Position numbers and translations under genes: made by a program. Positions 1 through 8,333 of a stretch of 64,000 bases of DNA are shown in pieces. Location of the stretch: contig CAZFHY010000002.1 in assembly GCA_964519305.1 (NCBI GenBank), positions 1 to 64,000 of the forward strand, read 5' to 3'. The stretch's first letter is position 1; each line of letters begins with the position of its first letter. This DNA is from Candidatus Undinarchaeota archaeon. Lineage in GTDB: Archaea > SpSt-1190 > JASMDC01. The notes beneath the pieces are model-generated. The model made no database searches. It saw only the letters and a list, made by a program, of their open reading frames with translations, and had not been told where the DNA came from.

Positions 1-320
1 GGCGGCCCCATTCCTGGCGGCCCTCCCGGGGGTCCCATTCCTGGTGGTCCCATTCCCGGCGGACCCAGGCCCATCCCTGGCGGCCCCATTCCTGGTGGTC
101 CCATTCCTGGTGGACCCATACCGGGGGGTCCCATCCCCGGCGGTCCCATTCCTGGCGGACCCATACCGGGCTGCCCCATATCGGGGGGTCCCATTCCCGG
201 CGGTCCCATCCCTGGTGGACCCATACCGGGTGGCCCCATCCCTGGCGGCCCTCCCGGGGGTCCCATTCCTGGGGGCCCCATCCCTGATGGCCCCATTCCT
301 GGTGGTCCCATTCCTGGCGC
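1..320 (-). repeat. Degenerate 15-bp coding tandem repeat (~19-20 copies) encoding Gly-Met-Gly-Pro-Pro
   Basis: Recurrent CCCAT(T/C/A)CC(T/C/G)GG(T/C/G)GG units on the + strand. Variation falls mainly at third codon positions of the minus-strand frame. Confidence 0.9.
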
Positions 321-503
321 TCCTCCCATACCCATTTTCATATCTGCTTGCTGCATTGCAGCTTGGATATCATCAGGTGTGAATCCCTCTTGAGAGAGGT
401 TCTGAAAGATCACGTTATCGGGCATTCCCTGAGAACGCATGTTAACGACCTCGTCGACTGGAGGCCCTTTCTTTCCCAGGAATTTGCCCAGAAGCGAGTC
501 CAT
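1..503 (-). CDS. Hypothetical protein with helical N-domain and long (GMGPP)n low-complexity tract; 3' end runs off the window (absent from ORF track)
   Basis: ATG at 503 lies 2 nt after the TAA of the 506-919 gene. It reads MDSLLGKFLGKKGPPVDEVVNMRSQGMPDNVIFQNLSQEGFTPDDIQAAMQQADMKMGMGGAPGMGPPGMGPSGMGPP... and stays open to position 1. The N-domain resembles conserved DPANN hypotheticals found beside pilus ATPases (from recall). Confidence 0.85.
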   Translation of the reverse strand, partial: MDSLLGKFLGKKGPPVDEVVNMRSQGMPDNVIFQNLSQEGFTPDDIQAAMQQADMKMGMGGAPGMGPPGMGPSGMGPPGMGPPGGPPGMGPPGMGPPGMGPPGMGPPDMGQPGMGPPGMGPPGMGPPGMGPPGMGPPGMGPPGMGLGPPGMGPPGMGPPGGPPGMGP

Positions 504-505
504 GG

Positions 506-919
506 TTACTTACGCTCCTCCACGACCTTTCTGGCGATCCGCTCAACATCGGCTGCAGTGAGGATGTTAGCGGGGTTTACGAGGTTAATGAAGCTCTCCA
601 GCTCAAGGAGCTTCCCACGAGGTGCGAACTTCTGCATCTCGACGCGAATGAGCTTCAACTCCTTGATGATACGACCGATCTGGTCGCGTAATTCTTCGGT
701 GGCGATTGTGACGTTCTTGAGGTGACTGGCCGTCTTCTTGGACTCATCCATATAGTTGTTGTTGAGCATCTCAAGGTCGCTGGAGACCTTCTTGATCCTG
801 TCCTCCAGCATGCGGATGCGACGACTGTTGGATATAGCTGTCTTAGAAGCCTCATTGATGGCGTTCATCAGCTGGGGGTCGGCCCCGCCCCCCATGAACC
901 GGCCCATGTCTAATGGCAC
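506..919 (-). CDS. Conserved hypothetical coiled-coil protein (pilus-locus associated, DPANN-like)
   Basis: GTG start with GGAGGT SD at 929-934 (minus). Heptad-rich RRIRMLEDRIKKV...LKLIRVEMQKFA...FINLVNPANILTAADVERIARKVVEE. Confidence 0.8.
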   Translation of the reverse strand: MPLDMGRFMGGGADPQLMNAINEASKTAISNSRRIRMLEDRIKKVSSDLEMLNNNYMDESKKTASHLKNVTIATEELRDQIGRIIKELKLIRVEMQKFAPRGKLLELESFINLVNPANILTAADVERIARKVVEERK

Positions 920-933
920 TACGGCTATACCTC

Positions 934-974
934 CTGCTAACCTTTTACTTTACATTACTAATAAAGGTTAGCAG
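934..974. promoter_or_regulatory. Perfect 12-bp inverted repeat in the divergent promoter region
   Basis: CTGCTAACCTTT (934-945), 17-nt AT-rich spacer, AAAGGTTAGCAG (963-974). It abuts the SD of the minus-strand gene. Confidence 0.7.
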
Positions 975-1000
975 TTTCGAGTCCCGGTCTCTGGGTCATC

Positions 1001-1010
1001 CTTTATAATT
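1001..1010 (+). promoter_or_regulatory. Putative archaeal TATA box for the pilus ATPase operon
   Basis: CTTTATAATT ~35-44 nt upstream of ATG 1045. Confidence 0.55.
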
Positions 1011-1044
1011 CAGGAAGGACATTACCTTTACTAGAGGAAAGACC

Positions 1045-3348
1045 ATGGTTCGTCCGGCGGTTGGCTGCTGCGAGTTCGAGCTCGTGGGCGAGGAGAGCGG
1101 TGAGGACACTATCCGTGTGAACTGCGTGGGTTGTCCCTACGGTTCGTCCCTCGAGGACAGCGAGGTCTGCATGCTCAGGACCATGAACAAACTATCCCAG
1201 GTCCGGACCGCGACCAGGGTGATACTGGCCGAGCGTCGGCTATATGAGTACGGTCAGAACCAGACAGCGATGCTCAAGGAGATCGTTCGGATCATCGAGC
1301 GGATCCGCGCCACACCACAGCTCTTCAATCCGGGGATGATGGGCACCAACAACATCCGATGCACAAGGTGCTTCCCGGCCCGTTTCCGGTACATCCAGAC
1401 CCTTATTACGGACACCCTGCGCAGGGATCCCATCTCTGCCTATGTGGACATGCGCCGCACCATCCGTCATGAGGAGATGTATGTCAAGAAAGAGGTGGGT
1501 GAATGCCAGGCCTGCACCGCGTACTACGTCTCCCGCGTGCTCAATGTCGTGCTCAGCATGCTGGAGAGCCTTCACATAATCAGGGGTGTCAAGCCCTATC
1601 TTGAGGGCCATCGGGAGGGCGACCGAAGCATCTATCAGAAGGTGCTCAAACCGGCCATCCGTCCCAACTTCATGCTCACGCGAATGATGGCGGACTTCCC
1701 TCAGGACGCTGAGGAGGTGGACAGTTACAAGGTACCAGGTGACATCAAGGTAACCATCCTGAAGGTCCCCGGCATGGTCCGTAACATCTATCATACGATG
1801 CCTCCCGAGTTGAAGCTCTCCGAGGACGAGTTCGGCGTCCTTGACATGGCCCGGCAGGTGCTGGCCGCCCACAATCCCGAGAGCGCAGAGCTCCTGGACC
1901 CCGAGCGGATGCGCACCACGTTCCTTGACATATCCAAGGACCTCATCAGCGAGTTCGCGCTACGCGAGCAGCTCCAGCTCGACAGGGAGCGTCTTGATGT
2001 GCTCGCAGAGGTGCTAACGCGGGAGACCACCGGTTACGGCATCTTGGAGGTTATGCTCGCCGATGAGCGGGCACAGGACCTGTCGGTGAATGCGCCGCCC
2101 GGGGAGCTGCCGGTGTTCATCTTCCACGCTGACTTCGAGGACACGGAGTCCAACATAATCCCCACTCGCGAGGAGGTTGAGAGCTGGGCAGCCCGTATGC
2201 GTCTGTCGTCCGGTCGCCCCTTGGACCAGGCCAATCCTATCCTCGACACGTCCATCGAGCTACCCTTCGCCCGCGCACGTGTTTGCGCCGTTACCCGTTC
2301 GCTCTCGGCCTATGGGCTGGGATTCTCGATCCGACGTCACAGGGACAATCCCTGGACACATCCTCTCTTCATGAAGGTGAAGATGATCAACGCCCTCGGG
2401 TGCGGGCTGATGTCCTTCTTTATCGACGGCGCCCGTACCATGCTCGTGTGTGGTACCCGCGGCTCGGGGAAGTCGGCGTTCCTTGGCGCGAACCTCATCG
2501 AGATCATGAGGCGCTACCGCATCATCACCATCGAGGACACCCTGGAGCTGCCTACGGTGTTCATGCGCAAGCTGGGATTCAACATCCTATCGATGAAGGT
2601 CGGATCGGCACTGGGAGGCACATCGAGCTCTGAGCTGACGCCTGCTGACGGTATCCGCGCTTCCCTTCGTCTTGGTGACTCGGCCCTCATCCTTGGTGAG
2701 GTGCGTTCTCTGGAGACGATAGCTCTCTACGAGGCCATGCGGGTCGGTGCGGCGGCCAACGTCGTAGCTGGGACCATCCACGGGGACAGCCCGTTCGGTG
2801 TGTTCGACCGCGTTGTCAACGACCTTGGTGTGCCCAAGACCTCCTTCAAAGCGACCGACATTATCGTTTTCGCCCGACCCATCCGCTCAGCGGACGGACT
2901 CCACAAGCTGCGCCGTATCACCGAGATAGTCGAGGTGGGCAAGGACTGGATGGACGATCCCGAGAGGGAGAACGCTTTCCACACCCTCATGGAGTACGAC
3001 ACGAAGAAGGACGAGCTCATACCGACGTCCACTCTCATCGACGGAGAGTCGGAGGCCATCTCGGCGATCTCCGGAACGGTAAAGGAGTGGGTGGGTAACT
3101 TCGATGCGGTGTGGGCGAACATCGAGATGCGTGCCGAGTACAAGCGGCGTATCCTCGACCATGTGACCCGGGCGAAGATGCCACAACTTCTCGAGGCACC
3201 GTTCGTCGTGCAATGTAACGATATGTTCCACATCCTGGTCGGCGAGGTGACCGACGAGCTGGGGAGCGCTGTACCTGACGAGGTTCTCGGACGCTGGACC
3301 ACGTGGCTCCGCAAGGCCATCAAGGAGGAACGGGGCCGCAAGAAGTGA
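1045..3348 (+). CDS. Type IV pilus / type II secretion assembly ATPase (FlaI/PilB/TadA family) with Cys-rich N-terminal extension
   Basis: Walker A GTRGSGKS, Asp box TIEDTLEL, Walker B LILGEVR, His box GTIHG. N-terminal CxxC pairs CVGC, CTRC, CQAC. Confidence 0.93.
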   Translation: MVRPAVGCCEFELVGEESGEDTIRVNCVGCPYGSSLEDSEVCMLRTMNKLSQVRTATRVILAERRLYEYGQNQTAMLKEIVRIIERIRATPQLFNPGMMGTNNIRCTRCFPARFRYIQTLITDTLRRDPISAYVDMRRTIRHEEMYVKKEVGECQACTAYYVSRVLNVVLSMLESLHIIRGVKPYLEGHREGDRSIYQKVLKPAIRPNFMLTRMMADFPQDAEEVDSYKVPGDIKVTILKVPGMVRNIYHTMPPELKLSEDEFGVLDMARQVLAAHNPESAELLDPERMRTTFLDISKDLISEFALREQLQLDRERLDVLAEVLTRETTGYGILEVMLADERAQDLSVNAPPGELPVFIFHADFEDTESNIIPTREEVESWAARMRLSSGRPLDQANPILDTSIELPFARARVCAVTRSLSAYGLGFSIRRHRDNPWTHPLFMKVKMINALGCGLMSFFIDGARTMLVCGTRGSGKSAFLGANLIEIMRRYRIITIEDTLELPTVFMRKLGFNILSMKVGSALGGTSSSELTPADGIRASLRLGDSALILGEVRSLETIALYEAMRVGAAANVVAGTIHGDSPFGVFDRVVNDLGVPKTSFKATDIIVFARPIRSADGLHKLRRITEIVEVGKDWMDDPERENAFHTLMEYDTKKDELIPTSTLIDGESEAISAISGTVKEWVGNFDAVWANIEMRAEYKRRILDHVTRAKMPQLLEAPFVVQCNDMFHILVGEVTDELGSAVPDEVLGRWTTWLRKAIKEERGRKK

Positions 3349-3352
3349 TAGC

Positions 3353-5533
3353 ATGGCCGATCCCCCCAAACCCGAAGGAAGGACCATCGGAACGGGTTCG
3401 TACTCCATCAACATGAACGAGCTCGATCAGGTGTACCAGCGGTACAAGAAGGGTCCGAGCCAGCCCTTGGGCTGGGGCGCCGGGATGCAGCAGAACATGG
3501 GGGATTCCCGGTCCCGCTCCTATTCGATATTCCAGCAGGAGGAGTCAGTACACGAGGATAATCCGATCGAGAACGCCTACCGGATGGCCGGGAAGTACAT
3601 TCCCATCGAGGCACCACCTGAGATCGCTTCCTTCATCAACAACAGCCTGAAGATGTCACAGTTGAGGGTCACGGCCAACGATGTCATGGCCTTGTCCATC
3701 GGGATCCTTCTTGTAACGTTCGTTATCGGGTTCGCCATCATCGCCGTGCCCTTCATGTGCAAGGATACGGGCACCGGTACGAAGTGCTACTCTTTGGGCG
3801 ACCAGTCGGGCCTTGCAGGCATCACCGCGATCATGGCCCCCATCGTGTTTGCTATAGGTGTAATCCTATATCCCATGTTCCGCACTACGGTGTCCAAGGT
3901 GCATATTGCAGGGACAGCACCACTGGCCGTTTTGTATATCGTTATCTACCTGCGTTCATCGCCGAGCCTTGAGTCGGCGGTAGCGTTCTCAGCAAAGAAT
4001 GTGACCGGTCCGCTGGGTGACGAGCTCAAGCATCTCCAGTGGGGGGTGGCGACACGGGAGTTCCCTGACACTCAGCAGGCCCTTGTGCAGTTCAGCGAGA
4101 AGGTGCAGGACTGGGCGCCAGGTATCTCTGACGCTTTCTATCTCATAGCCGGTTCGACCCAGCAGCCCACGCCAGAGAAGCGCGTCGAGATGCTCGACAA
4201 GGCGGTCAACGGCGCGCTAACGTCCACTCGCCACACCATGCAGCAGTTCGGCCGTTCGCTACAGATGCCCGCCATCGTGGTGAACGCCCTGGGCATCCTG
4301 CTACCGGTCATGGGGCTCGTGATGGCCCCCATCGTCACTATCATGCTCTCAGATGGCGGAGGTGTCGATATAACCCTCGCCGTGCTCTATAACGTGATCC
4401 TCCCGGCGATCATCCTGATGATCATCTATGTTCTGGGGAGCCGTCGTCCGGGTTCGTTCTCCAGTGTCGACGTGTCACAGCATCCCGACGCTCCGAAAGA
4501 TGGATGCTACAGGCTCAAGATGGGTGGCTCGACGTACGACATCCCGCTGCTCCCCATCTCACTGCTGGTGTTCGTCCTAGGGGCGGCCTACAGCGGTGCA
4601 TTCCTCATCAACGAGTACGTGCTGGGATCTGGCGCTGACGCGAGCGCGCTCCAGGATCCGACCCGGGCCTTCCAGACCATGCCCGTCATCGTGTGCACGG
4701 GTGCGGCCATCGGCATATACGGCATCGGTATGTCCTCGCAGCGCATGTCCATCCGCAACCATATCAAGGACACAGAGAAGGAGTTCTCCTCCGCGCTCTA
4801 TCAGCTGGGGAACATAATGAACCAGGGACAGCCCTTCGAGATCGCCGTAACCCGTGCAGCAGAGATCATGTCCACATCGGTCATGCGGCCGTTCCTGATG
4901 GCCATCGCTCGCAACATACAGCAGTTGGGTATGCCTTTGCGCCAGGCCGTGTACGATCCTGAGTACGGTGCTTTGCGCTACTGCCCTTCAGATCTGGTGG
5001 CCAACGTGCTGGAGATCGTCATGGACTCGACCAAGCGTGGTGTGCGCATCGCGGCCACGACCACCATGAACATCGCAACCTACCTCGATAACATCGAGGA
5101 GGTGGCCACCGAGATCGAGGGCCTGCTCTCCGAGTCGATGTCCAGCATGAAGTTCCAGGCCTACCTCCTCGCCCCCGTGGTGTGCGGTATCATCGTCGGT
5201 CTCTCACAGATGATCACAGGCATCCTGGCGGGCGTTGGGCAGAAGGTGGATGAGGGTGGTCTTGGCGGGCAGATGACGGGCGGCGGGATGGGCGGTGCAT
5301 TCAGCACCGAGAACGCCGTGCCCCCCGACCGGCTCCAGCTCATCGTCGGTATCTACATAGTCCAGCTGCTATCCATCCTCGGCTACTTCTGTGCCCTTCT
5401 TGAGAGCGGGCCAAATGACACGGTGGCCATGTACCAGAGCATAGGGCAGACGGTGCTCATAGGTACGGTCGTGTACAGTGCAGTCTGCATCGTCACCACC
5501 ATGGTGTTCGCCGGGATGGCCACGTTCGTGTAG
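3353..5533 (+). CDS. Type IV pilus membrane platform protein (TadB/TadC, FlaJ/PilC-like, two T2SSF-like halves)
   Basis: Starts 4 nt after the ATPase. Multiple TM helices alternate with two helical cytoplasmic domains (LRSSPSLESAVAFSA; EFSSALYQLGNIMNQGQPFEIAV). Confidence 0.85.
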   Translation: MADPPKPEGRTIGTGSYSINMNELDQVYQRYKKGPSQPLGWGAGMQQNMGDSRSRSYSIFQQEESVHEDNPIENAYRMAGKYIPIEAPPEIASFINNSLKMSQLRVTANDVMALSIGILLVTFVIGFAIIAVPFMCKDTGTGTKCYSLGDQSGLAGITAIMAPIVFAIGVILYPMFRTTVSKVHIAGTAPLAVLYIVIYLRSSPSLESAVAFSAKNVTGPLGDELKHLQWGVATREFPDTQQALVQFSEKVQDWAPGISDAFYLIAGSTQQPTPEKRVEMLDKAVNGALTSTRHTMQQFGRSLQMPAIVVNALGILLPVMGLVMAPIVTIMLSDGGGVDITLAVLYNVILPAIILMIIYVLGSRRPGSFSSVDVSQHPDAPKDGCYRLKMGGSTYDIPLLPISLLVFVLGAAYSGAFLINEYVLGSGADASALQDPTRAFQTMPVIVCTGAAIGIYGIGMSSQRMSIRNHIKDTEKEFSSALYQLGNIMNQGQPFEIAVTRAAEIMSTSVMRPFLMAIARNIQQLGMPLRQAVYDPEYGALRYCPSDLVANVLEIVMDSTKRGVRIAATTTMNIATYLDNIEEVATEIEGLLSESMSSMKFQAYLLAPVVCGIIVGLSQMITGILAGVGQKVDEGGLGGQMTGGGMGGAFSTENAVPPDRLQLIVGIYIVQLLSILGYFCALLESGPNDTVAMYQSIGQTVLIGTVVYSAVCIVTTMVFAGMATFV

Positions 5534-5550
5534 GGCGGCCTCGGCGCAGG

Positions 5551-5560
5551 TTTTATATAT
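5551..5560 (+). promoter_or_regulatory. Putative TATA box (leaderless transcript)
   Basis: TTTTATATAT ending 26 nt before ATG 5586. Confidence 0.65.
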
Positions 5561-5585
5561 TGCACGCGCCTCCTCTTCTATCGAG

Positions 5586-8333
5586 ATGGTGGACTGTCGG
5601 GGAAGGCTCGCGTTGGTGCTCCTTATCCTTGGACTACTGCTCGCACCAGTCCTTGGTGCCCAGGCGGACAGCATCATCGAGGAAGTGGAACTGCGCCACT
5701 TGGACACGATGTCCATCCGGGCACGCTATGTCCTTCCTGCTGAATCCATGGAGCGGCTCACCGCCACGGCCTTAGCCGATATCTGTCGACGTCTGCCGTA
5801 CGAGGACTGCACATACACGGTAGAGGAGGGTGCTCGGACCGTCATCTTCGAGGCGACCGCCATCCCTGATATCGAGCTCATAGACGCTACAAGGGAGGGC
5901 GCTGAGACTACACTCACCTTCCGTCACCGGTACATCCCGCTACAATCGCGGTTGGGTTCAATCGGCGGGCAGGAACAGCGGCTCACCATTCGTTATCCCA
6001 CCCACGCCCTCGCGTATGAGGCGGTGCCGAGCCGGGAGATGGAGAACACGTTCGTGATATCGGGAGTGGCCAGTTCCGTGGAGTGGTTCGCCCGGGAGGA
6101 CCGGGTTCCCGTGGGTGATCCGATCGAGGTCGATATGGGTGAGGGAGAGTTCTGCTTCGTGGGCCTCTATATCGAAGGCCGGATGGTCGGCCGTGCCATG
6201 GCACTGGGATGCGGCCCGCTCATGCTCCCGACCGACTCTGCACTTGTGGGCAAGGATGCCGATGTCCGGCTCGTGAACTACGCCATGGGCGCGCTGCGAT
6301 ACACCGAGCTACCGCCCGGGTCCCTTGGCGTGCTGCCTCCGGAGTTCCCCATCAGGCTCCAGGTCACCCCGTACGAGGTTCCCTCCGGAGCCCCGTTCTA
6401 TATGCAGTTATTCACTGATGAACCGTTGACTGGGTGCTATATATCCCTGAACGACCGGGGCGGACATACCCTCATGACCAGTGAGTTCGAGCAATGTGAG
6501 AACATCCTCATCGGCACGAGCACCGCGTGGCGCGCAGGTGAGCACTACATCAAGGTCAAGGCTTACGCTGGGGCCCGGACGGGTGAGGCCGCAACGAACT
6601 TCATCCTAGTTGACAAGGCAGGGTTCCGCAAGGGACCCGAGCTCAATCTCGAGCAGAACGTCTACACTGCTGGTGAGCAGGTTAGGTTGTGGGGCGAGGA
6701 CCTGGGTGGCTCGGCCTACTGCAGTGCGCGTCTCGAGACCGCAGACGGCATCCTTGTCGAGGAGACGAACTCTCTTGGATGCGAGAAGGTCCATATGACA
6801 CTGGACGAGGAGCTATCAGCAGGTAACTATGTCGTCCGTACCGAGCTCATCGAACGAGGACGGCTCACTGGACGGGCCAGCTTCCCGTTCCAGGTACGCT
6901 CATGGAATCCTGAGCCCGGCTCCCCCGTCGCTCGCTTGTGTCCCGGTGGCGCCTTCCGTCTTCGCGAGGAGCGGTTGCCCTGCCTCCGCTCCGGGAACGC
7001 TTGCACTCCTACGTCTCTAGAGATCCCTCTTTGCTTGTGCTTCGGTTCCGGTGGGGAAATCGCAGATGTGTGTCACTTCGGCGAGAACTGTGGTCGTGTC
7101 AAGTGCGAGGAGCGGGCCGTCAGTCCCTACATGATAGTGTACCATGAGGGCCAGTGCCTGGCCCGGCGAGGGACCCATGCCCTTGCCTGTGCCCGTCAGG
7201 GCGAGATGTGCACGGGAGCGTGCGTATGCCTCTCCGATGACGGCAATCCCATCGCCCGCTGCGTGGGCGGGGAATTGTGTACAGATCGTGGGTGCGAGGC
7301 GCCGAGACTGTTGTTACGCGTGGATTCCGTCGAACCGGACATCGTGCGTGAGAACGAGGTGCGCGACGGCATCATGATCAAGGTCACAGGGGTCCTGAAG
7401 TACGATGGCAAGGTCATCAGGTCAGCGGACGTCGGTGTCACCGCCTACATAGCCGGCGAGGAGCACACAGGCATGATCGAGGACACCGTGGACGGCGCCC
7501 GGGTCATAATCACAGTGCCCTTGACGGGCGAAGTGCTCCCCGGGGAGTACCAGCTCACACTGCAGCTTGCCCGCGGGGACGATCGCGTGATGGTCCAGAA
7601 ACCGTTCACCGTATGGTACGCTGACGACACCCTCACCGTCCAGCAGGTCCAGTTCCAGGGGAATATCGCCCGGGAGGACCTGGCCGCAGGCAGCACTTTC
7701 AAGATGCGCGTCAAGCTCCTCGACCAAGGTGGTCGGGAGATGCTCGGTGTGCCCGTGGATTCCATGGACCTGGACATCGACGGTGTTACGATCAATTCGC
7801 TGGCAGCGAAGTACGAATCCGGTTCCTACATCGTCGTCGGTAGCCTTGAGGCAGACCTCCCAGCAGGTTCTAGGCGCGTGAAGTTCGCCATTGAGCACCT
7901 GGGGCGCCAGGGCGAGCTCACAGGCACGCTGAGCGTGCTTGACGAGCCGCCGCTGTCCATGTCCATCCTCGACGTGGAGCCCGGGAAGAAGGAGAAGCCC
8001 ATCCTGTTCATCCTCCTCTCTGGTCTTGGTTTCGACCTGGACGTATATCTCAATATCGGCGGAGTCGAGCAGATCACAAAGGATAACATGAAGGTGACGA
8101 TCAACGGACAGGACATCACCCGTCTCATGACGTACGCCGTGAACACGAACAAGGGCGTCCGCATGCACCTCTCTGCGGTAAGCGTCTGTCCCGATGTACC
8201 ACCCCAGGGTGCAAAACTGTTGCTCGAGGCGACCCTCTCACGGGACAGTGAGAGCGTATCCGACCGGATCGTGCTACACACCCGGGGGAATCCCGGTGAC
8301 TGGTCCAACATGGGGGTGGCCGGCTGTGCATAG
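5586..8333 (+). CDS. Large secreted/surface protein with Ig-like beta domains and a central Cys-rich module pair
   Basis: ATG 5586 gives a signal peptide MVDCRGRLALVLLILGLLLAPVLGAQA. Repeated PGEY/AGNY-type Ig signatures. Two related Cys modules (CLCFGSGGEIADVCHFGENC; CVCLSDDGNPIARCVGGELC). Confidence 0.75.
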   Translation: MVDCRGRLALVLLILGLLLAPVLGAQADSIIEEVELRHLDTMSIRARYVLPAESMERLTATALADICRRLPYEDCTYTVEEGARTVIFEATAIPDIELIDATREGAETTLTFRHRYIPLQSRLGSIGGQEQRLTIRYPTHALAYEAVPSREMENTFVISGVASSVEWFAREDRVPVGDPIEVDMGEGEFCFVGLYIEGRMVGRAMALGCGPLMLPTDSALVGKDADVRLVNYAMGALRYTELPPGSLGVLPPEFPIRLQVTPYEVPSGAPFYMQLFTDEPLTGCYISLNDRGGHTLMTSEFEQCENILIGTSTAWRAGEHYIKVKAYAGARTGEAATNFILVDKAGFRKGPELNLEQNVYTAGEQVRLWGEDLGGSAYCSARLETADGILVEETNSLGCEKVHMTLDEELSAGNYVVRTELIERGRLTGRASFPFQVRSWNPEPGSPVARLCPGGAFRLREERLPCLRSGNACTPTSLEIPLCLCFGSGGEIADVCHFGENCGRVKCEERAVSPYMIVYHEGQCLARRGTHALACARQGEMCTGACVCLSDDGNPIARCVGGELCTDRGCEAPRLLLRVDSVEPDIVRENEVRDGIMIKVTGVLKYDGKVIRSADVGVTAYIAGEEHTGMIEDTVDGARVIITVPLTGEVLPGEYQLTLQLARGDDRVMVQKPFTVWYADDTLTVQQVQFQGNIAREDLAAGSTFKMRVKLLDQGGREMLGVPVDSMDLDIDGVTINSLAAKYESGSYIVVGSLEADLPAGSRRVKFAIEHLGRQGELTGTLSVLDEPPLSMSILDVEPGKKEKPILFILLSGLGFDLDVYLNIGGVEQITKDNMKVTINGQDITRLMTYAVNTNKGVRMHLSAVSVCPDVPPQGAKLLLEATLSRDSESVSDRIVLHTRGNPGDWSNMGVAGCA

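Noticed and set aside
1-320. Tandem repeat as a CRISPR array
   Set aside because: The 15-bp degenerate units have no unique spacers, lie in a coding frame, and no cas genes are present.
44-382. Plus-strand 112-aa ORF with VPFL/PYR repeats
   Set aside because: It is the antisense shadow of the GMGPP coding repeat. The minus frame has a proper start, operon coupling and third-position variation.
1045-5533. Archaellum (flaI/flaJ) operon
   Set aside because: No archaellin, flaH, flaF/G or chemotaxis genes are present, so gene symbols were withheld.
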